64,000 nt of DNA from an uncultured delta proteobacterium (GTDB taxonomy: Bacteria; Myxococcota_A; Polyangia; Polyangiales; JAFGIB01): contig CAVZVA010000005.1 in the NCBI GenBank assembly GCA_963778655.1, forward strand, positions 160,001-224,000. The letters are read 5' to 3'. Within the stretch, counting starts at the first letter, position 1, and each line of letters opens with the position of its first letter. Made by a program: the position numbers and the translations under genes. The notes below the pieces were generated by a model. The model saw only the letters and a list, made by a program, of their open reading frames with translations, was not told the DNA's origin and did not search any database. Below, in pieces: positions 31,287-39,907 of this stretch.

Positions 31287-32003
31287 GCGGCAAAGCTCCC
31301 GAGGTTCGCGTGCTGCACCGCGACCGCGAGCTGCTGGTGCTGGCCAAGCCGAGCGGTCTGCCCACCACCAGCCCCACGCAGGCGCGCACCCTGGTGCAGG
31401 TCGCGCGCGAGCTCGACCCGCGCGCGCCGCGCCTGCACCCGAGCTCGCGGCTCGACGCCGAGGTCAGCGGGGTGGTGGTGTTCGCGCGCACCAGCCGCGC
31501 GATCGCGCAACTGCTCGCGGCGCGGCGCGCGGGCCGCTACAGCCGCGGCTACTTCGCGCTCGCCGCGGGCCCGCCCGAGCCCGCCAGCGGGTCGTGGGAG
31601 GCGGCGATCGCCCTCGACCCGCGCGACCCGCGCCGGCGCGTGGCTGCGGCCGAGGGCAGCCCGGGCGCACGCGCGGCCTGCACGCGCTACCGCACCTTGG
31701 CGCGCGCCACCGGCTGCGCGGCGCTTTGGCTGGAGCCGCAGACCGGCCGTACCCACCAGCTCCGGGTGCACGCGGCGCACGCAGGCGTGCCCCTGCTCGG
31801 CGATCGGCTCTACGGCGGCCCGCGCCGCAGCGTGCTGGCCGACGGCAGCGTGGTCGCGCTGCACCGCGCGGCCCTGCACTGCACGCGCGTGCGCATCCCC
31901 GATCCCGCGGGCGGCGCCGAGCTGTGCTTCGAGGCCCCGCTGCCCGAGGATTCTGCTCGCGACCTGGCACGCGCTGGGCGGAGCCGCACTGGTGCTGCCG
32001 TGA
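31283..32003 (+). CDS. RluA-family pseudouridine synthase with an apparent 1-nt insertion near the 3' end
   Basis: KPSGLPT, SRLDAEVSG, TGRTHQLRVH, LLGDRLYG; removing one T at 31951/31952 gives DLLATWHALGGAALVLP-stop at 32003. Confidence 0.8.
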
Positions 32004-32021
32004 GGGCGCTGTTTTCGGACC

Positions 32022-32124
32022 ACAGGAAGACGAGAAGACGGCAAGAAGTCTGTGCTTCGAAGAGGGGGGCGTCGGCGACCGAGATCCTGAATCTCAATCC
32101 CTTCCCGTCTTCCAGCCTTCCTGT
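32022..32124. repeat. REP-like 8-mer repeat, full inverted pair between convergent genes
   Basis: ACAGGAAG ACGAGAAG ACGGCAAG (32022-32045), 55 nt spacer, CTTCCCGT CTTCCAGC CTTCCTGT (32101-32124). Confidence 0.85.
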
Positions 32125-32133
32125 GTCCTGGCC

Positions 32134-33150
32134 TCAGGCCGAAGCCGCGAAGGTCGCCTCAATCTCGGCCTGCAGCAGGCGGGCCAGCTCCTCCTCGAGC
32201 TTGCCCGGGCCCTCGCTCATGCGCTCGATGTTTCGCTGGTAGACGAAGGCGCGCCCCGCGCGCGGCGGCGCGCTGCGCTCGCCCAGCGCATCGAGCAGCA
32301 CCGCGGCGCGCGGATCGACTCCGTCGGCGACCACCTCGGCGCCCGGCAGGTCGGAGACCACCACCAGCGCGCCCTCGAGCACCGCGCGCTGCTCCGGCTC
32401 CAGGCGCTCGATAGCGCGTCGCAGCTGCCGCTCGAACTGCGCCTGCGACAGGCCCCACTGCGGCCGGGGCGCGCCCAGGTCGAGCTCGCGGCAGCGCAGG
32501 AACGCCACGGTGGCGCCGTCGGCCGAGCCCTGCGCGTCGAGCAGCAGGCCCATGTAGTAGTGCACGTCCGCCGCCTCGGGCTCGCGCGCGAGCGCGCGCT
32601 CCAGGTGCCGCTTGGCGTCGTCCAGCTCGCCCACCTCGAAGCAGGCCCGCCCGACCAGGAAGTCGAGCCGCGCGTTTTCGAAGTCGCCCTCGGGCAGCGT
32701 GTGCAGCACTTTCTTGGCGGCGTCGCGGTCGCCCTGGTGCATGTAAGCGTCGAACTTGAGCAGCAGCGCGTCCGTGACCTCGTCCTCGCCCTCGGCCCAC
32801 TCCAGCGCCTCGTCGATCAGGTCGATCGCCGCGCCGAAGTCGTGAAGCGGGTGAATCAGCACCTCGGAAGCGTTGAGCATCGCCTCGACGAAGCTGTCGT
32901 CGAGCGCGATCGCCTGCCGGTAGTGCTCGAGCGCCACCTCCGGGTCGCCGATCGCGGCCGACACGTAGCCGAGCAGGTTGTGGGCTTCGGGTGACTCGGC
33001 GTCGAGCTCCAGGCTCTTTTCCGCCGAGCGCTGCGCGCCCGCCAGGTCACCCCGATGAATCAGGTCCCAGCCGCGGTCCAGATGCGCCGAGAACTGGTCC
33101 ATCGGACCCCGATCGGGGCGCTCGCTGTAGTTGCTGTCGCTTTCGGACAT
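32134..33150 (-). CDS. TPR protein with degenerate minimal-zincin-like C-terminal domain
   Basis: TPRs (AHNLLGYV, VHYYMGLL); VVVSDLP...FVYQRNIER...EEEL but no HExxH. Confidence 0.7.
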   Translation of the reverse strand: MSESDSNYSERPDRGPMDQFSAHLDRGWDLIHRGDLAGAQRSAEKSLELDAESPEAHNLLGYVSAAIGDPEVALEHYRQAIALDDSFVEAMLNASEVLIHPLHDFGAAIDLIDEALEWAEGEDEVTDALLLKFDAYMHQGDRDAAKKVLHTLPEGDFENARLDFLVGRACFEVGELDDAKRHLERALAREPEAADVHYYMGLLLDAQGSADGATVAFLRCRELDLGAPRPQWGLSQAQFERQLRRAIERLEPEQRAVLEGALVVVSDLPGAEVVADGVDPRAAVLLDALGERSAPPRAGRAFVYQRNIERMSEGPGKLEEELARLLQAEIEATFAASA

Positions 33151-33312
33151 GACTGCGTCTGGCGCCTGCCTAATACGCCATTATGGCCCGTGGATCCAGC
33201 AGCCCCCGCGGGCCCGCGCCGCGCTTCCCGGCGCGCGCGCCAGGGCCCCTGCTTGCCCGTCCGGCGCCGCGACTCTGCGGTCCCCGTGATACAACTGCGC
33301 GCGTGAGAATCC

Positions 33313-34458
33313 GTGCCCTCGATGGCGGGCGGCGTCTACGGCGGGGCGCTCGCGCTCGGTTGCGTCGCGCTGCTCTATCTGCTGCGCGGCATGCTAGCCC
33401 CCGTCGTGCTTGCGTTCGCGCTCGCCTACCTGCTCGACCCGGCGGTGGACCGGCTCGAGCGCGTGGGCGTACCGCGCAGCGCGGGCATCGCGCTGCTGTT
33501 GGTGGTGGCGCTGGCCGCGTTGGGGCTCGGCCTGGTGCTGGTGCTTCCCGCGGTGATCCACGACATCGCCGCGCTGGTCGCGGAGCTTCCTCCCGCGCTC
33601 AACCGCTTGCTCGAGACGACCCAGCCGTGGCTGGCCGCGCACGGTCTGCCGCTGCCCCGCTCCGGCAGCGAGGCGCTGGCGGCGCTGGCGGCGAACGTCC
33701 AGCAGCTGATGCCCGACGCGGTGGGCGTGGCGCAGTCGGCCGGGCGCGCCTTGCTCGGCAGCACCGCCTCGGCGCTCGGCGTGGTGGCCGCGGCGGTTAT
33801 GGTTCCGGTGCTCTCCTTTCACCTGCTGCGCGACTTCGATTTGATCGTCGCCGCGGTGGTGGAGCTGATGCCCGCGGGGCGGCGAGAGGCGTTGGTCAGC
33901 ATGGGCCGCGACGTGCACGCGGTGCTCGGGCACTTCGTCCGTGGTCAGCTGATAGTGATGGCGATCCTCGCGGTGCTCTACGCCGCCGGCTATTCGCTGG
34001 TCGGGGTGCGCCTGGCGATTCCGATCGGTCTGGTCGCGGGCTTGTTCTCGTTCATCCCCTACGTGGGCAGCGCGCTCGCGCTCGCCCTCGGCCTGTTGAT
34101 GAGCGTGTTGCACTTTTCGGGTTGGGCCCCGCTGGCCGGCGTGCTGCTGGTGTACGCCGTGGTGCAAGCGCTCGAGGGTTTCGTGATCACGCCGCGCGTG
34201 GTCGGCGGCCAGCTCGGCCTGCCCGCGGTGTGGGTGCTGCTGGCGTTGATGGCGGGGGCCGAGCTGTTCGGCTTTCTCGGGGTGATGCTGGCGCTGCCGG
34301 CGGCCGCCGTGGTCAAGGTCTTCGTCGACCGCGCGCTGCGCCGCTACCGCGAATCGGCCCTGTACGCGGGGCTTCCGCCCGAGGCGCCGCCGCGGCCCGC
34401 GCGGCTGCGGTTGCGGCCGCGGCGCGGCGGCACGATCCGGCGCGGAGCCGCGCGATGA
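33313..34458 (+). CDS. AI-2E (PerM/TqsA) family transporter
   Basis: LAYLLDPAVDRLER, FVRGQL, FSFIPYVG, ITPRVVG, LLALMAGAELFG. Confidence 0.9.
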   Translation: MPSMAGGVYGGALALGCVALLYLLRGMLAPVVLAFALAYLLDPAVDRLERVGVPRSAGIALLLVVALAALGLGLVLVLPAVIHDIAALVAELPPALNRLLETTQPWLAAHGLPLPRSGSEALAALAANVQQLMPDAVGVAQSAGRALLGSTASALGVVAAAVMVPVLSFHLLRDFDLIVAAVVELMPAGRREALVSMGRDVHAVLGHFVRGQLIVMAILAVLYAAGYSLVGVRLAIPIGLVAGLFSFIPYVGSALALALGLLMSVLHFSGWAPLAGVLLVYAVVQALEGFVITPRVVGGQLGLPAVWVLLALMAGAELFGFLGVMLALPAAAVVKVFVDRALRRYRESALYAGLPPEAPPRPARLRLRPRRGGTIRRGAAR

Positions 34459-35699
34459 ACGAGCGCCCGGCCATCGATCTCGGCGAGCTGCAGAAGGCGG
34501 CGGCGGTGACGCGCACGCTCGAGCACGGCGATGCCTTGGCCGAGCTGTGCTACGACCTGCTCGGGCGCCAGGCCGAGGGCCAGCGCCTGTTCAGCGGCGA
34601 GAAGTTCGTCAAGGGCCGCGCAAAGGCCCACGGCGTGCAGCGCGACAGCGCCGAGACGCCGCTTGGCAACCTGCTGACCGTGCTCGAACGCGGCCCGGAG
34701 TCGCCGGCGCAGTGGGCGCTGGTCGCCGCGCTCTTCGTGCGCGGCTTCGATCGCGCCGTGCACGCGCAGCGCGAGCAGCGCGCCGCGCTGTGCGCCAAGC
34801 TGGCTGCACATGCAGACTGGCTGGAGCTGTGCTCGCCCTATCGCGTGCTGCCGCTGTTCGATGAGCTGCTCGAGCCCGAGCTGGCGGGCGAGGTGCACGC
34901 CGCGCTCGGAGCGCTGGTGTTGCGCGACGACGGCGAGCGCGATCCCGAGACGCGCGCGCGCAACGCCGGGCGCATCGCGGCGCTGGCCGAGGCGCGCAGC
35001 CCAGGCGCGCGCGCGAGCCTGCAGCGCATCGAGAGCCAGGCGTGCGATGTGTACAGCAGCACGCTGGCCGCGCTCGCGCTGGGTAAGCTCGCCGGCGCCG
35101 AGGCGCGGCCCTGCGTGGTGCGCGGCAGGCTGCGGCGCTTTCCGCCCGGACCGTTTCTGCGCGCGCTGCGCTGGCTGAGCGGCTACGCGCTATTGTCCTG
35201 GGCGCTACGCTCGCTGCTGGCGGGCCTCGGCTACGCGCGCGAGGCCGAGGTCGAGCTCGGCGGCGACGCCATCCGCCTGCGCGGGACCACCTTCGTGCTC
35301 GGGCGCAAGGTGCACAGCGTGGAGCAGGTGCACCCGCTGCTTCGCTTGCGCTCGGCGCGCCGCGCCACCCGCTTTCCGTCGCTCTACTTCCTGCTCGGTG
35401 CCTCGTGCTTCGCGCTCGGCGTGCTGTTTGGCGGGGTGTTCGCGTTCGACGCCGCGCGCACCGGCGATCGCGCGCTGTGGTTGATCGCGGCGGCGCTGGT
35501 GCTGGCCGGCAGCGGCCTCGACCTGGTGCTCGACGTGCTGATCCCCGGAGGCCAAGGGCGGGTGGCGCTCGACCTCGATCTCGGCCGCCCCCACCGCACG
35601 CGCGTCTCAGGCATCGCGGTGGAGGAAGCCGACCGCTTCTTGCAGGAGCTGTCGCGGCGACTGACGCGGCCGGAGGGCGCACGCCGTGCCGTGGCTTAA
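34455..35699 (+). CDS. Hypothetical membrane protein
   Basis: ATGA overlap with the upstream gene; GC3-rich codons; 2-3 hydrophobic segments near the C-terminus. Confidence 0.65.
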   Translation: MNERPAIDLGELQKAAAVTRTLEHGDALAELCYDLLGRQAEGQRLFSGEKFVKGRAKAHGVQRDSAETPLGNLLTVLERGPESPAQWALVAALFVRGFDRAVHAQREQRAALCAKLAAHADWLELCSPYRVLPLFDELLEPELAGEVHAALGALVLRDDGERDPETRARNAGRIAALAEARSPGARASLQRIESQACDVYSSTLAALALGKLAGAEARPCVVRGRLRRFPPGPFLRALRWLSGYALLSWALRSLLAGLGYAREAEVELGGDAIRLRGTTFVLGRKVHSVEQVHPLLRLRSARRATRFPSLYFLLGASCFALGVLFGGVFAFDAARTGDRALWLIAAALVLAGSGLDLVLDVLIPGGQGRVALDLDLGRPHRTRVSGIAVEEADRFLQELSRRLTRPEGARRAVA

Positions 35700-36366
35700 G
35701 GCGCGCTTCAAGGAGAGCGAGGTGTTCGCCCGCTGCGACGAGCATGGCCGCCTGCTGGCGCAGGGCGGCCGAGTCGAGATCCGCTATCGCGAGAACGACA
35801 GGCGCGCCTACCACGCGGCGCTGCGCAACCTCACGCCGCTCGCCGCGGGCGAGGTGCTGCCCGACGCCACCTGCGTCGATGCGCAGCCGGCCGCGGGCTC
35901 GCGCGGCGCGCGCGCCGCGGTCGCGCTCGCCCCGCCACCTGCGGGCGCGGTGGTGGTGTATGCGGACGGTGCGTGCTCCGGCAACCCAGGTCCCGCGGGC
36001 GTGGGCGTGGTGATGCTGGACGGATCCGGCCGGCGCGAGCTCAGCCACTACCTGGGCGAGGGCACCAACAACATCGCCGAGCTCAGCGCGATTGCGCTCG
36101 CGGTGGAGGCGCTGCCCGATCGCACGCGAAAAATCCGCATCTATACCGACAGCCAGTACGCGATCGGGGTGCTGACCAAGGGCTGGAAGGCCAAGGCCAA
36201 CACCGAGCTGGTCGCGCGCGTGCGCGCCCTACTAGGGACGCTGCGCGACGTCGAGCTGTGCTACGTGCCGGGCCACAGCGGCGTCCCGCTCAACGAGCGC
36301 GCCGACGCGCTCGCGGTCGAGGCGGTCAAGCAGCGCGATTCGAGCGGCTGGGTCGATCTGGGCTGA
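35686..36366 (+). CDS. rnhA: Ribonuclease HI with N-terminal extension
   Basis: YADGACSGNPGP, TNNIAEL, YTDSQY, GHSG..NERADALA. Confidence 0.9.
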   Translation: MPWLKARFKESEVFARCDEHGRLLAQGGRVEIRYRENDRRAYHAALRNLTPLAAGEVLPDATCVDAQPAAGSRGARAAVALAPPPAGAVVVYADGACSGNPGPAGVGVVMLDGSGRRELSHYLGEGTNNIAELSAIALAVEALPDRTRKIRIYTDSQYAIGVLTKGWKAKANTELVARVRALLGTLRDVELCYVPGHSGVPLNERADALAVEAVKQRDSSGWVDLG

Positions 36367-38737
36367 GGGGCAGTACGGCGGCGGCCGGCCAGGTGTGGCG
36401 TGCGGCCAGCGCGAGCAAGAGCAGGGCGAGCAAGGCGGCCGTGGCCAGCGTCACGCGCTCGCCCGCGAGCTTGCCGGCCACGGTGAAGTGCATGCGCACG
36501 ATGTGCTCGCCGGTCGCGACGCGGAGGCCTCGCAGCAGGTAGTCGGTACGCAGCAGCGCCTGCGGGCGGCCGTCCACCGTCGCGGACCAGCCGGGATCCA
36601 TGCGGTCGGCCAGCACCAACAGGCCGGGGCGCAGCGCGTCGACGTCGAGCGCCAGGTCGTCCGCGCTGCGGGAGAGCCAGCGTACCGTGCCGGGCGGTGC
36701 GGCGGAGGCGGCCGGCAGACCGACCTCGGCGTCGACCACGGCGACCCGCTGCAGGTCGAGCTGCGGCAGCCTTCGCAGCGCCGCGGCGGGGGCGAGCCGC
36801 ACGGCGCCGCCGACCAGCCACGCGCGCGGGTGCGCGCCCGGGCGCTCGCGCACCTCGTAGCCGCCGCCGCGGGCGACCAGCGGCAGCGAGCGCCAGCGCG
36901 CGGGCCAATCCTGCGGCCGCGCGACGATGCGCCGCACCGCGGCCAGATCGAGCAGCCAGTCGGGCGGGTCCACCGGCGCCAAAGCGTAGTGCTTTTGCCG
37001 CGCGAGGTGACCGATGTCGGCCCGCGCGAGCAGCTTCAGCAGATCGCCGGGCACGAGCTGGTTGTACCCGCGCAGGTCGTCGTAGTCGGCCGCCTCGCCC
37101 CAGTTCAACAGTGGAACAATCTCGGGCAGGCCGTCGCCGCGATAGACGTGAACCAGCACGCGCCCGGGGGCCGCCTGGGCCAGCGCGCGCGTGACTGCGG
37201 GCGGCGGGAACGCCTGCGCGGCGGGCAAGGTCTGCCGATACGGCAGCCACTGCAGGCCCAGGTCGAGCAGCGTGAGCGCGAACAACAACACGCTGGTCCA
37301 GCGTCCGCTGGTCCGGCCGCGCAGCCACGCGTCGAGCAGCAGGCCCGAGCAGAGGAGCAGGCCCGCGGCCTTGCCGGCCGCCCAGCGCACGGTGTCATGC
37401 GCGTGCGGCACGGTGAGGGCGTCGAGCAAGGGCCCGGCCGCAATCGCCACCGTCAGGCAAACCGCGCACAGCGGCGCCCACAGCCAGCGCAGCAGCCGGC
37501 GCGCGCGCTCGGGCTGCGGCGGGCGCTCGTTTGCGGCGATCCGGCTCAGCAGCAGGCCGACCGTGGTGGCTGCGGCGAGCGCGCAGAACCACGAGTAGCG
37601 AGCCGGGCAGCGGAACAGTCGCCATCCGGGCACCGCGACATAGGCCAGGTAGAAACCGGGCAGGAAGCGGCCGCCGCCCACGACGAAGCAGCCGCCCGCG
37701 AGCGTCAGCAGGCTGCGTTCGGGCTCGGCGCGCCTGCGCCAGATCAGCGCGAGCGCGACGAGCAGGAGCGGCGCGATCCCCAGGTAGATGGTCTGCTCGT
37801 GGTAGTTCGCGGCGCCGAAGTAGGTGTGCGCCATGTCGTTGCCGTAGAGATCGGGCACCACGAGTCGGGCCCAGCTCAGCGGATGAAGCGAGTAGGCGCC
37901 GGCAAAGGCCAGCGTCTCTTCGTGGCGTGTGCTCTGCGGCAGCTGCATCACCACCGGCAGGTACTGGACCGCCGTCAGCCCGGCGAAGACCGCAGCGCCC
38001 GCCGCGGTGCGCCAGCCGAGCGCCCACAACGTGCGCAGTCTTGTGCCCGCGGTTTGCAGCGTCCACACGCCGACGCCGAGGTAGCAGGCCACGAACAGCC
38101 ACGTCATGTACGCGCCCTGCGGCGCGCCGCCCAGCGCGCCCGCCGCGACCACCAGACCGAGCCCGATCGCCGGCACCAGCGTGCGCTCGACCAGGAGCAG
38201 ATCGGCGAGCAGCGCGACCCATGGGATCATGCACATGCTGGCGAACAGTTGCGGGTGGCGGAAGCGCACGATGTACAGACCACCCCACAGTCCGACCAAC
38301 ACGGTTGCCGCCGCGCCAATCGGCGTGGCGCCTCTGCGCAGCGCGAAGGCGTAGAAGCCAAGCGCGGCGACCGTGAGGTAGACGGTGAGGTAGAGGGCCA
38401 GGCCGGTGCTCGCCCCGAGCCCGAGCTGGCGGGCGAGCGCGCGCACCGGCTCGTAGGCGGCCGATTGGGGGTCGCCGGCCAGGCTCATGCCGAGAAAGGC
38501 GTGCGGGTTCCAGCCGGTCGCGCCGCTGCGCATCAGCAGCTGCTCGCGCGGGAAGTATTGGGCGGCCAGATCTTGATAGAAGAGGGTCTCGCCCAGAAAG
38601 AGCGAACGCCGCAGGACCAGCAACGGTATGCATGCCAGCACGGCGATCGGCCAGTGTCGTCCGAGCAACGACCATGCCGCCCTGGGCTTGGCGATGTGAC
38701 TGGAGTTGCGCAACCGGCGGGCCCTCGTGCGGGCCAC
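36326..38737 (-). CDS. YfhO-family (GT-C-like) polytopic membrane protein; start uncertain
   Basis: DL..QYFP, WNPHAFLGMSLAGDPQ, many TM segments, FRCPARY, PGWSATVDG...G.H.V.M.F C-terminal module. Confidence 0.75.
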   Translation of the reverse strand: MARTRARRLRNSSHIAKPRAAWSLLGRHWPIAVLACIPLLVLRRSLFLGETLFYQDLAAQYFPREQLLMRSGATGWNPHAFLGMSLAGDPQSAAYEPVRALARQLGLGASTGLALYLTVYLTVAALGFYAFALRRGATPIGAAATVLVGLWGGLYIVRFRHPQLFASMCMIPWVALLADLLLVERTLVPAIGLGLVVAAGALGGAPQGAYMTWLFVACYLGVGVWTLQTAGTRLRTLWALGWRTAAGAAVFAGLTAVQYLPVVMQLPQSTRHEETLAFAGAYSLHPLSWARLVVPDLYGNDMAHTYFGAANYHEQTIYLGIAPLLLVALALIWRRRAEPERSLLTLAGGCFVVGGGRFLPGFYLAYVAVPGWRLFRCPARYSWFCALAAATTVGLLLSRIAANERPPQPERARRLLRWLWAPLCAVCLTVAIAAGPLLDALTVPHAHDTVRWAAGKAAGLLLCSGLLLDAWLRGRTSGRWTSVLLFALTLLDLGLQWLPYRQTLPAAQAFPPPAVTRALAQAAPGRVLVHVYRGDGLPEIVPLLNWGEAADYDDLRGYNQLVPGDLLKLLARADIGHLARQKHYALAPVDPPDWLLDLAAVRRIVARPQDWPARWRSLPLVARGGGYEVRERPGAHPRAWLVGGAVRLAPAAALRRLPQLDLQRVAVVDAEVGLPAASAAPPGTVRWLSRSADDLALDVDALRPGLLVLADRMDPGWSATVDGRPQALLRTDYLLRGLRVATGEHIVRMHFTVAGKLAGERVTLATAALLALLLLALAARHTWPAAAVLPLSPDRPSRSNRAA

Positions 38738-38871
38738 CAGCCCGGCTCGATCCGCTCATGCGCTGTACTCGATCACGCGGTGGAAACAATGACCGGCCCG
38801 CGCTATTTGCGCGACGCGCGCAGAATCGTCGCAAAGCCGGGCTGGTTAGCGAGTGGAGGCTTACGTGAGGC

Positions 38872-39813
38872 TTACGTGTCCGGCTGCGTCGCCGCGATGT
38901 GCTCGGCGGCTTCTCGCAAGGTGACGAGCTGGTAGCCCGCGCCGCGCAGCACCCAGATCGCGCGCTCGAGCGCCCTGCGCTTGTCGTCCAGGTTGCGGCG
39001 CAGGTCACGCTGGTAGGGCGCCAGCGCCTGGAGCCCGTCCTGCTCGGGGTCGGCCAGATCGATGCCGTGCAGCTCGAGGTTCACCAGCGGACGCCCCACG
39101 ATCATCTCGGTCAGACGGGCGGCGCCACGCTCGCCCGCGAGCACCAGCGGGGTACCGTAGTAGGGCAGCCGGCCGCTGCTCTCGCGCGTCACCCCGATCG
39201 GCAGCTCGAGCAACCCCGTGCCCTTGCGGTAGTACGGGCGTCCGACGCGGTATGGGTCGGCGGGCGCGCGCAGCATACGCGGGTCGTCCACGATGCTGTG
39301 GCTGCGGCGCCCGCGCAGGCCGATCACCGAGATCGCGACCGCCTTGGCCGCGTAATACACCGGACACGGGAACACGCTGGAGTCGTATTCGACCCCCAGC
39401 TGCTGCAGCTGCTCGAACACGGCGTCGGTGATGGTGTAGCCGGGCGCGCGAAATCCCCGCGGCCGCTCGGAGGTGACGGCTTCGATCGCCGCCATCCCAC
39501 CCGCGATGTCCGCCCGCCGCTCGTCCTCCGGCCGGCGCGTGAGGTCGTAGCGGTGGTGCAGGCTGTGGTTGCCGATCTCGTGGCCTGCCGCGTGCAGGCG
39601 CGCGACGGTCTCGCGTGCGCCGGGATCGGCCAAATCATCGCCGACCACGAAGAAGGTGGCGCGCAGGCCCAACGCGTCGAACAGCGCCTCGAAGCGCGGC
39701 ACGGCCTTGCGGTACACGGCGTGCGCGCGCGCCTCGTCCGGCGCGGGCAAGCCGTAGATCGCCGTGTAGCAAGGCACTTCGTCCAGGTCCACCGAGAGCG
39801 CAGCCAGGCGCAT
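38872..39813 (-). CDS. Polysaccharide deacetylase (NodB/CE4 family)
   Basis: SVDLD, ATFFVVG, HEIGNHSLHH, GFRAPGY, YDSS. Confidence 0.88.
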   Translation of the reverse strand: MRLAALSVDLDEVPCYTAIYGLPAPDEARAHAVYRKAVPRFEALFDALGLRATFFVVGDDLADPGARETVARLHAAGHEIGNHSLHHRYDLTRRPEDERRADIAGGMAAIEAVTSERPRGFRAPGYTITDAVFEQLQQLGVEYDSSVFPCPVYYAAKAVAISVIGLRGRRSHSIVDDPRMLRAPADPYRVGRPYYRKGTGLLELPIGVTRESSGRLPYYGTPLVLAGERGAARLTEMIVGRPLVNLELHGIDLADPEQDGLQALAPYQRDLRRNLDDKRRALERAIWVLRGAGYQLVTLREAAEHIAATQPDT

Positions 39814-39907
39814 GACAGTGCGCCCACACTACACCGAGGACCGCCTCAATGGATCCGCCCTCGTGCCTCGGAGCCCGAGTCCCTCGACACGGGGGTCGTG
39901 CCGGTGA

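Noticed and set aside
36326..36366. 3' overlaps of convergent genes (rnhA/yfhO-like, also 51117-51144)
   Set aside because: Short tail overlaps are common in high-GC genomes, with no sign of function
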